Below are positions 1 to 8,497 of a stretch of 64,000 bases of DNA, in pieces (the stretch's first letter is position 1; each line of letters begins with the position of its first letter). The stretch lies in NCBI GenBank assembly GCA_965112635.1, contig OZ218778.1, positions 2,510,966-2,574,965 of the forward strand, read 5' to 3'. The notes beneath the pieces are model-generated. The model ran no database searches. It worked only from the letters and a program-made list of their open reading frames with translations, and was not told the DNA's origin. Source of the DNA: an uncultured bacterium. Its GTDB lineage: Bacteria; Oederibacteriota; Oederibacteriia; Oederibacteriales; Oederibacteriaceae. The position numbers were made by a program, and so were the translations under genes.

Positions 1-1554
1 AAATCCACCCTGTGCCAGCTTTTGAACGGCATCATCCCGCACTTCCGCAAAGGCCAGCTCCAGGGCAGCCTGGCCGTCCTCGGCCAAGCTGGCGGCAAAA
101 AACCCAACGAGCTCTTTAACCGCGTCGGCATGATCTTCCAAGATTTTGAAACCCAGCTCTTTTCCACGACCGTGGAGCTGGAAATAGCGTTCGGCCTGGA
201 AAACCTGGGCCTGTCCGTGAGCGAAATTGACCGGCGCATCAAGGTCTATCTGGATCTGGTCGGCCTGTCCGGAATGGAAAAACGCGAACCCGCGACCCTT
301 TCCGGCGGCGAAAAGCAGCGCCTGGCCCTGGCCGCGGTCCTGGCCATGGAGCCTGAACTCCTCATCCTGGACGAACCCACCACGGACCTGGACCCCCTGG
401 GCAAAAAGGACATTTTGAACCTGGCCAAAAAGCTCCAAAGCGAACAAAAATCCGCCATCCTCATGGTGGAGCATGACTTCCAGGAAATGCAATCTGCCGG
501 CCAGTGGATCGTCCTGTCCCAGGGTGAGATCAAAAAGTCGGGCAAACCCGGCGAACTCCTGAAAGACATGGCTCTTTTTTCGGATAACGCCCTGCAGGCG
601 CCCCAGCTCCCCCACCTCTTTTCCAAGCTGGGCCTGTCTCCTTTGCCGGAAAATATAGAACAGGCCAAAACCGGCCTGGCCAAAGCCGGCTATACTTTTT
701 CCAAACAAAAGTTCGCCTCTATGGTCAGCCAAAAGAACAGGCGGCCAGCCGCTGACCCGGTCATCCAGGCGGATAAAGCTTCCTTCAGCTACGACAAGCA
801 AGGCACCGGCATCCAGGACATTTCCTTTTCCGTGCGAAAAGGCGAATTTGTGGCCATCCTCGGCCAGAACGGTTCGGGCAAGACAACCCTGGCCAAACAT
901 TTGAACGGCCTTATCCTTCCCCAATCCGGCTCCATCAAGGTCAATGGCAAAAAAACAAGTGAGACTCCCCTGACCCAGCTCGGCCGTGTCGTGGGCTATG
1001 TGTTCCAGAACCCGGACCACCAGATATTTTCCGATACGGTGGCGGAGGAACTGGCTTTTGGCCCCAACAACCGGGGCATCACCGGCGACCTGCAAAAACA
1101 ATACATCACCGAAGCGCTGAAGGCCGTGCATCTGGAAGGTTTTGAGCCCAAAGACCCTTTTACCCTGACCAAGGGAGAGCGTAAACGCGTGGCCATCGCC
1201 TCGGTCCTGGCCACCCGGCCCGAAGTGCTCATCTTTGACGAGCCGACCACCGGCCTGGATTTCAGCCAGCAAAAGACCATGATGCAGATGATCCAAAGCC
1301 TCAACCAGGCCGGACAGACCATCTTTATCATCACGCACTCCATGTGGGTGGCGGCCCAATACAGCGACAGGGTCATTTTGCTCAAGGACGGCCGACTGCT
1401 GGCCGACGGCCCGGCCCGGGACATCTTCAGCCAGGAGGACTTGCTGGCCAGGACCCATCTCCAAGCGCCGGACATCCTGAGCCTGAGCAACCTGTTCGGC
1501 TGTCCCTGCCTGACCCTGGAGGAAGCCTTGGAAAGCCTGGAGAAAAAACAATGA
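1..1554 (+). CDS. ECF-type ABC transporter ATPase with duplicated EcfA1-EcfA2-like nucleotide-binding domains. It is 5'-partial: the reading frame is open to position 1 and the first Walker A lies upstream of the window.
   Basis: Two ABC signature and Walker B segments are present (LSGGEKQRLALA..LILDEPT and TKGERKRVAIA..LIFDEPTTGLD). A second Walker A, GQNGSGKTT, is present. There is no stop in frame 1 between positions 1 and 22. The layout matches CbiO/EcfA-like ATPases. Confidence 0.85.
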   Translation, partial: KSTLCQLLNGIIPHFRKGQLQGSLAVLGQAGGKKPNELFNRVGMIFQDFETQLFSTTVELEIAFGLENLGLSVSEIDRRIKVYLDLVGLSGMEKREPATLSGGEKQRLALAAVLAMEPELLILDEPTTDLDPLGKKDILNLAKKLQSEQKSAILMVEHDFQEMQSAGQWIVLSQGEIKKSGKPGELLKDMALFSDNALQAPQLPHLFSKLGLSPLPENIEQAKTGLAKAGYTFSKQKFASMVSQKNRRPAADPVIQADKASFSYDKQGTGIQDISFSVRKGEFVAILGQNGSGKTTLAKHLNGLILPQSGSIKVNGKKTSETPLTQLGRVVGYVFQNPDHQIFSDTVAEELAFGPNNRGITGDLQKQYITEALKAVHLEGFEPKDPFTLTKGERKRVAIASVLATRPEVLIFDEPTTGLDFSQQKTMMQMIQSLNQAGQTIFIITHSMWVAAQYSDRVILLKDGRLLADGPARDIFSQEDLLARTHLQAPDILSLSNLFGCPCLTLEEALESLEKKQ

Positions 1555-2279
1555 GACTGTTCTTATACGCCAATGAAAGGACCTTTTTGCATCGCCTGGA
1601 CCCGCGGACCAAGTTCCTGGCTATGGTCATCGCCTTTATCATGATCCTGCTCTGGCGGGATATACCCTTTTTGGCCGTTTTGCTGGCCTTGGCCGTGACC
1701 GCCCTGTTGTGGGGCCGCTGCCAGGCCCAGCTCAAGCTCATGCTCCTGCCCTTGGCCGTGCTGTTCATCACCACGATCTTTATGTGGAGCGCTTTTAACC
1801 GCTTTACCTGGGCCGGCACCCTCTACGGCCTGGCCATGTCTTTAAGGCTCGGCTTTATCCTGCTCATCGGCATCCTGCTCCTGGCCACCACCCGCCTGGA
1901 GGACATTACCAGCGCCCTGCTTTTCATGGGCGTTCCTTATACCCTGAGCTTCAGCTTCTCTTTAGCGTTGCGCCTGCTCCCCACCTTCATCAACACCACC
2001 ACGACCATCATCGAAGCTCAAAAATCGCGCGGTCTGGATTTGAACTCGAAAAATCCCTGGGAAAGGGTTAAAAGGTATGTGCCTTTGCTGGTGCCCATCC
2101 TGTCCTGCGCCTTCAGGCAGGTGGATTTGCTGGCCATGGCCCTGGAATCCCGCGGCTTCGGCGTGCCCGTGGCCAAAAAAAGCATCTATACTAAACTGGG
2201 TTTTAAGTCCGCTGACTATCTGGTGACAGGTATAATAATAGTAGGGTTTATTGGGTTGGTTATATTGAGATGGAAGTAA
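1551..2279 (+). CDS. ecfT: ECF transporter transmembrane component EcfT (CbiQ family)
   Basis: The ATG at 1551 overlaps the upstream stop as ATGA, which suggests translational coupling. The 243-aa product is multi-pass hydrophobic and lies immediately downstream of the duplicated EcfA, as in typical EcfA-EcfA-EcfT operons. Confidence 0.75.
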   Translation: MRLFLYANERTFLHRLDPRTKFLAMVIAFIMILLWRDIPFLAVLLALAVTALLWGRCQAQLKLMLLPLAVLFITTIFMWSAFNRFTWAGTLYGLAMSLRLGFILLIGILLLATTRLEDITSALLFMGVPYTLSFSFSLALRLLPTFINTTTTIIEAQKSRGLDLNSKNPWERVKRYVPLLVPILSCAFRQVDLLAMALESRGFGVPVAKKSIYTKLGFKSADYLVTGIIIVGFIGLVILRWK

Positions 2280-2332
2280 TCTAGCCTGACAAATACTATC
2301 AGTCGTTCCACATAACTTTTATTATCTTCCAG

Positions 2333-4594
2333 CTAATCATGTAACACTAAAAACGCCGCCTTGGGGTCCCCGCAGTTGTCCACGACCTCCTGGAAGGGCA
2401 TCCGCTTGAACGGTTTCCCCGTGTTGCGGTCCACCACCAGCTTGACGATGGCGCAGTTCTTATACCCTTTGAGGGGCACCATGATGATGCTTCCGTTGAA
2501 CTGGAACTTTACCGGCCTGAGCGTATTGTCCCCCGGATACTGCACCAACACCTGTCCGATGTCGTGGCCCCTCTTGACCTGGAAGAAAGCGTATTTGTCC
2601 TTGGCAAAAGAGATATGGTCATAAGCGCTCAGCTCCTCGGTGATAATGCCGGCCACATAGCCGTCCGGCACCGTAAAAAGCTTGCCCTGCAGGTCGTTGG
2701 ACAACCTCATGGGGTCCTGCTCAAAGCAAAACACTCTCCTTTTGAAATGGCCGAATAAAGGCACATATTTCTTATAAAGCTTTAAATTCGCGTTTTTGGC
2801 TTTGGACGGCACTCCGTACATCTGCGGGGCGACCGGGAAAGAGCCGTGCAGGACGGACCGTTTCAGGTTCTCTTCGGTTGTCCTGGCGTCGCTTCCCCAC
2901 AAAAAGAAAAGGGGCATGGCCAGGGCCGCGTAAAAGAACTTTTCCTCCATATTATCCCCGTCCCCTTCCAGCATCACGCCGTCCACGTATTTCATACAGC
3001 GGATGGTCTGGGTCTTGTTGGCAAAGCAGCAGCGGTCCTGCCCTTCCAAAAGCTCCTTGTGCATCCGTTCCGTGATAGCGTCAAAACCGAAGTTGATACT
3101 GTAGGCCGGTTTGTTATGGGCCACGGTGATGCCGTCATCATGGGCAAAATCAAGGCCCACGTGCCTGAAGCAATCTAAAAAGAACCCCTCCAGCTTGGGA
3201 TAGGCCTGCATCATTTCACTGGCCGTTTTCAGCATATACTTGCCGAATGGCCCATTGAGGTCAGGGTTCATCAACCGGCACATCATCCAGCCGGTATTTT
3301 GCAATTTCCCGTTTTCCAGCGTGCAAATGGAGCTTTTGAAATACTTTTCCACCCAGGGTTCAAAACCGTCGGAAAAATTGATGTAAAACATGGGATGGAA
3401 ACCCGCGGCCTGGAACCGTCCGATGGCCTTCTTGATGTTTTCCTGGTCCATCCTATAAATACGGGGATCGATGAACCCTTTGGGAAGAAGGCCTTTTTTA
3501 ACCAGCTCCTTCTGGGAATAGCGCTCAAAAAGCCTCCAAACCTCTTTATAGGACAGCTTCTTCCCGGACCTTAGCCAGATCTGTTCCAAAGCTAAAATGC
3601 CGGGCCAGGATTTTTCCTTGGGCATGTAGTAGCCGTACCAGGGGAAATGGCAATGGAACTCGAAAAATTTGTCTCCTAGTATTTTATAAGCCTCGGCGTG
3701 CAGGGAAGTCTCTATCCAGCCTCCCACGAACACTCCGGCCTTGTCATGGATGCAGTCATTGGCCGGGTAAAAATACTCCCGGTATTTTTCCACAGTTTGG
3801 CCCAAGCCCGGACGCCAATCTCCCTCATGAAAGAACACCTTGACCTCAGTCTCTAGTTTACGGTCTTTAACCAGCCCAACGTAATAGTTCACTACCTCCA
3901 GAACCGGATAGTCTCTTGGGTCGCTCTCATGCCCGCCCCAGTTGAAATCCTTGTCCCCGTTCTGGAACTGGAATTTGGCCGCCGGCACTTTCTGGTCATA
4001 TGGCACGATAACCGAATACCCCACATCTTTGGTCCGGTCATAATGCGAAACAATGGGAACCACTATCTCGTGAGAAGTCCCTGAGAAAGGGATTTGGCCG
4101 TAGCTGTAATCAAAGGTCGTCATCCCGTCAAAAAGCAGGTCTGATTTGTTCGCCGGCGCCCACACCATCCACCCCGCTATCATCGGAAGCATGAAATACA
4201 CTCGAATGGAACGGTCTGCGACCTTTTTGCCTTTCTTTTCCATATCCACATGCCAGGTAAAACAATCCTGCTCCATGCTCAGGGTCACTTTGACCGTAAA
4301 CTTCGCGCCAGCAAACTGCTTGAGGTAGGTGATGGTATTGCCATTGGCTTGGAAATCCTTAACTGTGAATTTCTGGTCAAAGTCAGAGAACCATTTCCTT
4401 TCCAGCTCGTCGAATATCCGCAAGCCCCCGATATATCCCCGGATTTCCTGCTGTAACTGTTTGAACAGGTCGATTTGCTTGTCTTTCCAGACCATCGACC
4501 GAATCCATCCGGTCTTTTTCTCCACGCCAATGGATGACCTGGAATTCTCTATCCGGACTAATGACACTGAATAAAATAATTTCTGCTTCTTCAT
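2333..4594 (-). CDS. Hypothetical cytoplasmic protein (753 aa), paralogue A of a three-copy tandem family. It may be a carbohydrate-active enzyme but the family is not recognised.
   Basis: Long ORF with no signal peptide. The N-terminal 285 aa or so and the C-terminal 150 aa or so are nearly identical to the ORFs at 4641-6944 and 8498-10771. I recognise no catalytic motif. Confidence 0.7.
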   Translation of the reverse strand: MKKQKLFYSVSLVRIENSRSSIGVEKKTGWIRSMVWKDKQIDLFKQLQQEIRGYIGGLRIFDELERKWFSDFDQKFTVKDFQANGNTITYLKQFAGAKFTVKVTLSMEQDCFTWHVDMEKKGKKVADRSIRVYFMLPMIAGWMVWAPANKSDLLFDGMTTFDYSYGQIPFSGTSHEIVVPIVSHYDRTKDVGYSVIVPYDQKVPAAKFQFQNGDKDFNWGGHESDPRDYPVLEVVNYYVGLVKDRKLETEVKVFFHEGDWRPGLGQTVEKYREYFYPANDCIHDKAGVFVGGWIETSLHAEAYKILGDKFFEFHCHFPWYGYYMPKEKSWPGILALEQIWLRSGKKLSYKEVWRLFERYSQKELVKKGLLPKGFIDPRIYRMDQENIKKAIGRFQAAGFHPMFYINFSDGFEPWVEKYFKSSICTLENGKLQNTGWMMCRLMNPDLNGPFGKYMLKTASEMMQAYPKLEGFFLDCFRHVGLDFAHDDGITVAHNKPAYSINFGFDAITERMHKELLEGQDRCCFANKTQTIRCMKYVDGVMLEGDGDNMEEKFFYAALAMPLFFLWGSDARTTEENLKRSVLHGSFPVAPQMYGVPSKAKNANLKLYKKYVPLFGHFKRRVFCFEQDPMRLSNDLQGKLFTVPDGYVAGIITEELSAYDHISFAKDKYAFFQVKRGHDIGQVLVQYPGDNTLRPVKFQFNGSIIMVPLKGYKNCAIVKLVVDRNTGKPFKRMPFQEVVDNCGDPKAAFLVLHD

Positions 4595-4640
4595 ATCAGA
4601 ATCTCCTTCCTAATAAATTGTAATATTGACTTAATTGGTC

Positions 4641-6944
4641 CTAGTCATGTTTCACTAAAAACGCGGCTTTGGGGTCGCCGCAGTTGTCCACGACCTCCTG
4701 GAACGGCATCCTCTTGAACGGTTTTCCCGTGTTGCGGTCGACCACCAGCTTGACCACCGCGCAGTTCTGATAGCCCTGGAGAGGCACCATGATGATGCTT
4801 CCGTTGAACTGGAACTTGACCGGCCTTGGTTTTTTATCCCCCGGGTACTGCACCAGAACCTGTCCGATGTCGTGGCCTTGCTTGACCTGGACAAACACAT
4901 GCTTGGTCTTGGCATAGGAGACCCTGTCTCCCACCCCGACTTCCCTGCTCATAATGCCGGCCACATAGCCGTCAGGGATGGTATAGAGCTTGCCTTCCAT
5001 TCCACTGGACATCCTCATGGGGTCAGGCTCAAAGCAGAACACCCTGCGCCGGAAATGCTCATAGAGAGGCAGGAATTTTTGGTATAGCTTCAAATACCTT
5101 TTATACTGCTTGCCCCCGGTCTTATTTACCCTGCCTTCGTTCAGGGAAGGCGTGGTCGGGAAACAGCCGTGATAAACAGACCGCTTTAAACCTTCCTCGG
5201 CCGTGCTTTCCACACTGCCCCATGCCTCGCTGCCCCACAAAAAGAACAAAGGCATGGCCACGGACGGGTAAAAGAATTTTTCCTCCATCACCTCGCCGTT
5301 GCCTTCCAGGATGACCGCGTCCAAATGCTTCATGGCCCGGATGGTATGGGGCACATTGGCGAAATTGCACAGGTTCCGGCCTTCCAGAAGTTCCTTTTGG
5401 ATGCGCTCCGTGATGCTGTCAAACCCGAAATTGACGCTGTAAGCGGGCTGGTTATGGGCCACGGTCACCCCGTCATCGTGAGCAAAATCAATTTCCACAT
5501 GGTGGAAACAATCGTAAAAAAACCCGCCCAGCTCAGGATAGGCTCGGAGCATTTCCCTGAGGGTCTCCAGCAGCATGGCGCCAAAGGGGAACCGCACATC
5601 CGGGTTCATCAAACGGCACATATACCAGCCGCTGTTAATGGGCTTGCCGTTCTCCAGCCGGCAGATGGAACTCCGGAAGTTCTTTTCGGCCCAGGGTTCC
5701 AAGCCGTCCGAGTAATTGGTATAGAACAAGGAATGGATGCCAGCCTTGGACAGTTTCTGGATGGACTTCCTGATGTTGTTACGGCTAAGCTCAAAAAATA
5801 TTTTGTAATCCTCGGTTATCTTCGCAGGCATATCCATCAGCTTTTTCCTGCGGATATCCTGAAAAGACTCTTTCACGGACAGTTTCCAAACCTGTTCCAT
5901 GGTCAGCTTGTCTTTGTTTTTATGGTAGATGCCCTCCAATACCCTGATCCCCCGCCAGGTCTTTTCACTGGGCATGTAATGTCCGTACCAGGGAAAATGG
6001 CCGTGATATTCAAAAAATTTCAGGCCCAAAGCCCGGTATTTGGGGATATGAAAGGAGGTGTAGATGCCTCCGCAAGAATAGACCCCGGCCATGTCATGGA
6101 CGCAGTCATTGGCCGGGTAAAAATACTCCCGGTATTTTTCCACAGTTTGGCCCAAGCCCGGACGCCAATCTCCCTCATGAAAGAACACCTTGACCTCTGT
6201 CTTCAGCTTCCGGTCCTTCACCAGGCCGATGTAATAGTTCACGACCTCCAGCACAGGATAGTCCGCCGGGTCGCTTTCGTGCCCGCCCCAGTTGAAATCC
6301 TTGCCCCCGTTCTGGAACTGGAATTTTGCCGCCGGCACTTTCTGGTCATACGGCACGATGACCGAATACCCCACATCTTTGGTCCGGTCATAATGCGAAA
6401 CAATGGGAACCACTATCTCATGCGATGTCCCGGAAAACGGGATTTGCCCGTAGCTGTAATCAAAGGTCGTCATCCCGTCAAAAAGCAGGTCTGACTTGTT
6501 CGCCGGAGCCCATACCATCCACCCCGCGATCAAAGGCAGCATGAAATACACCCGGATGGACCGGTCTGCCACGTTTTTCCCTTTTTTCTCCATGTCTACG
6601 TGCCAGGTAAAACAATCCTGTTCCATGCTCAGGGTTACTTTGACCGTAAACTTCGCGCCAGCAAACTGTTTGAGGTAGGTGATGGTATTGCCATTGGCTT
6701 GGAAATCTTTGACTGTGAATTTCTGGTCAAAATCAGAGAACCATATCCTATCCAGCTCATCAAATATCCTGAGTCCACCGATATATCCCCGAATCTCCTG
6801 CTGTAACTGTTTAAACAGGTCGATTTGCTTGTCTTTCCAGACCATCGACCGAATCCATCCGGTCTTTTTCTCCACGCCAATGGATGACCTGGAATTCTCT
6901 ATCCGGACTAATGAGGTGGGATAAAATATCGAGCGCTTGGACAT
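4641..6944 (-). CDS. Hypothetical cytoplasmic protein (767 aa), paralogue B of the tandem family
   Basis: The same family as 2333-4594. An 850-nt tract at the 5' end of the gene (about 6100-6944) is nearly identical at nucleotide level to about 3750-4594 in paralogue A. Confidence 0.7.
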   Translation of the reverse strand: MSKRSIFYPTSLVRIENSRSSIGVEKKTGWIRSMVWKDKQIDLFKQLQQEIRGYIGGLRIFDELDRIWFSDFDQKFTVKDFQANGNTITYLKQFAGAKFTVKVTLSMEQDCFTWHVDMEKKGKNVADRSIRVYFMLPLIAGWMVWAPANKSDLLFDGMTTFDYSYGQIPFSGTSHEIVVPIVSHYDRTKDVGYSVIVPYDQKVPAAKFQFQNGGKDFNWGGHESDPADYPVLEVVNYYIGLVKDRKLKTEVKVFFHEGDWRPGLGQTVEKYREYFYPANDCVHDMAGVYSCGGIYTSFHIPKYRALGLKFFEYHGHFPWYGHYMPSEKTWRGIRVLEGIYHKNKDKLTMEQVWKLSVKESFQDIRRKKLMDMPAKITEDYKIFFELSRNNIRKSIQKLSKAGIHSLFYTNYSDGLEPWAEKNFRSSICRLENGKPINSGWYMCRLMNPDVRFPFGAMLLETLREMLRAYPELGGFFYDCFHHVEIDFAHDDGVTVAHNQPAYSVNFGFDSITERIQKELLEGRNLCNFANVPHTIRAMKHLDAVILEGNGEVMEEKFFYPSVAMPLFFLWGSEAWGSVESTAEEGLKRSVYHGCFPTTPSLNEGRVNKTGGKQYKRYLKLYQKFLPLYEHFRRRVFCFEPDPMRMSSGMEGKLYTIPDGYVAGIMSREVGVGDRVSYAKTKHVFVQVKQGHDIGQVLVQYPGDKKPRPVKFQFNGSIIMVPLQGYQNCAVVKLVVDRNTGKPFKRMPFQEVVDNCGDPKAAFLVKHD

Positions 6945-6966
6945 ACTGTTCTCCTTCCTAGAATCT

Positions 6967-7233
6967 TTACTCGTAATGGGTCCACATGCGGATGACTTTG
7001 ATGGTACGGGTGTCTTGTAAAACCTGATAAACCAAACGATGCTGGATATTGATGCGCCGTGAATACGCGCCTGCCAGGTCGCCTACAAGTTTTTCAAAAG
7101 GAGGATTAGCTTGATAAGGGTCATGGGATAGGATGTCTAGTAGTGCTTCAACTTTTTCATGAAGGCCTTCCGAGGATATCTTCTTGGCATCCTTGAGTGC
7201 CTGCCTGGAATAAACAACTTTCCAGGCTACCAC
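6967..7233 (-). CDS. yoeB: YoeB/Txe-family toxin (mRNA interferase) of a type II toxin-antitoxin module
   Basis: An 88-aa product with the YoeB-like C-terminal segment YSRRINIQHRLVYQV...IKVIRMWTHYE. It overlaps the upstream antitoxin gene by 7 nt. Confidence 0.85.
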   Translation of the reverse strand: MVAWKVVYSRQALKDAKKISSEGLHEKVEALLDILSHDPYQANPPFEKLVGDLAGAYSRRINIQHRLVYQVLQDTRTIKVIRMWTHYE

Positions 7234-7469
7234 TTGATTTCCTTGCTGTACTTTGAGACAGGAGTTTTCAGCCCCTTGCGAATGGACTCCCTCATCCCCG
7301 GTATAGAAAGGAGGTAAAGGGTCTCCTGGATGGACCTCCAGTCCTCGTCGGAAATAAGGACTGCATTGCCTTTTTTACCCGTGATCTGGATGGGGTCGTG
7401 TTCCCTGCCGGTCCTTTCCATTAGTTTGAAGAAATTGGCTCTTGCCTTGCTCGCCGTTAAAGTTGTCAT
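7227..7469 (-). CDS. yefM: YefM/Phd-family antitoxin
   Basis: An 80-aa product with a Phd/YefM-like N-terminus (ASKARANFFKLMERT...PIQITGKKGNAVLISDEDWRSIQETLYL). It lies immediately upstream of the toxin gene and overlaps it. Confidence 0.85.
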   Translation of the reverse strand: MTTLTASKARANFFKLMERTGREHDPIQITGKKGNAVLISDEDWRSIQETLYLLSIPGMRESIRKGLKTPVSKYSKEIKW

Positions 7470-7528
7470 TTTTTACCTCCTGAGGTAAGCGTACCATATA
7501 GTGTACCACTCGTCAAATAGGCAGGAGC

Positions 7529-8437
7529 TTAATACATCCCCTTCAGATTTTTCCATCTGCGATGGAGCCAGAGCCATTGGCAGGGGTCTGTGCGGATCTT
7601 TTGCTCCAAGTTTTTGGTTAAATCAAGTAGTGCGGTATGGACCTTTTCTTTCAGGTCCACCCCTTCCTTGAATACATATTCCGGCTCAATGGATACCGTG
7701 TGGATGTTATCAGGCCCGCGGGTGATAAAGGAGGGCAAAAGCGGGGCGCGGCTCCGTAAAGCCAGGATGATGGGCCCGTCCGTGAACAAGGTGGGCTGTC
7801 CCAAAAACTGTATCTCGATGCCGGTAGCGTAATACTGGTCGCCGGCCAGGACCACCACCTTTTTATCTTTTAAAAGCTTGATGGTATCTTTGATAATGGT
7901 TTCCCGGTTATCCCACAAATATTTACTGCCCCCGTGCATCATGACCTTGACATAGAACTGCTTGAACTGCTCATCATGGGGCGCCCGCAAAAGATACCAG
8001 ACATCATAACCCTGCTCATCGATGCGGTGCGGGAGCATGCTGAAACCGCCCCAGTGCGCCGTAAACAGGACCGCTCCCCTGCCCTTGGCCAGGGCCTGTT
8101 TAAGATTCTCTTCGCCAGTCACCAGAAAATGGCTTTCCAATTCCTTGCGGGTCAAATACGGCGTCCGCAGGGTATCGAACACGGAGCGCATCATATAGGA
8201 ATAGTTCTGGAGCGCGATAGCCTTGATCTCCTGCTGGCTTTTTTCCTTGCCGAAAACAAGGTTGAGGTTCTTGAGGGTGATGTTGCGGTGTTTGGGCCAG
8301 ACAGCATAAAAGGTCCGGGCCAGCATATCGGACAGGCGGTACATAGCGTTCCAGGATAAACGCGGGGTGACAAAATAAAGGCATTCCAAAAATATCCTGA
8401 GGAACAGCCCGACCAGGGATTTAAACAAGTTTTTCAT
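7529..8437 (-). CDS. Lipid A biosynthesis (Kdo2-lipid IVA) lauroyl/myristoyl acyltransferase, LpxL/HtrB family
   Basis: A 302-aa product with an N-terminal membrane anchor. The C-terminal motif PCQWLWLHRRWK is characteristic of the LpxL/HtrB/MsbB late acyltransferases. Confidence 0.7.
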   Translation of the reverse strand: MKNLFKSLVGLFLRIFLECLYFVTPRLSWNAMYRLSDMLARTFYAVWPKHRNITLKNLNLVFGKEKSQQEIKAIALQNYSYMMRSVFDTLRTPYLTRKELESHFLVTGEENLKQALAKGRGAVLFTAHWGGFSMLPHRIDEQGYDVWYLLRAPHDEQFKQFYVKVMMHGGSKYLWDNRETIIKDTIKLLKDKKVVVLAGDQYYATGIEIQFLGQPTLFTDGPIILALRSRAPLLPSFITRGPDNIHTVSIEPEYVFKEGVDLKEKVHTALLDLTKNLEQKIRTDPCQWLWLHRRWKNLKGMY

Positions 8438-8497
8438 ATCCAGATTTTAGCACAACCCTGCCCGTAATATTTCAAGTCGCGCGGGGAACGGACTTGA

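Noticed and set aside
227-1490. Small overlapping ORFs within the ECF ATPase gene (227-418 +, 246-683 -, 996-1490 -) and similar nested ORFs elsewhere.
   Set aside because: They are nested in or antisense to a motif-supported gene and are low-complexity translations.
5325-6494. A 389-aa ORF on the plus strand inside paralogue B. Similar long antisense ORFs lie at 20138-21283, 55732-56799, 17233-18069, 11434-12315, 27533-28384, 58262-59017 and 9719-10633.
   Set aside because: They lie fully antisense to well-supported genes, which is a typical high-GC stop-codon-poor artefact. Their translations are Arg/Gly/Pro/His-rich low-complexity with no motifs.
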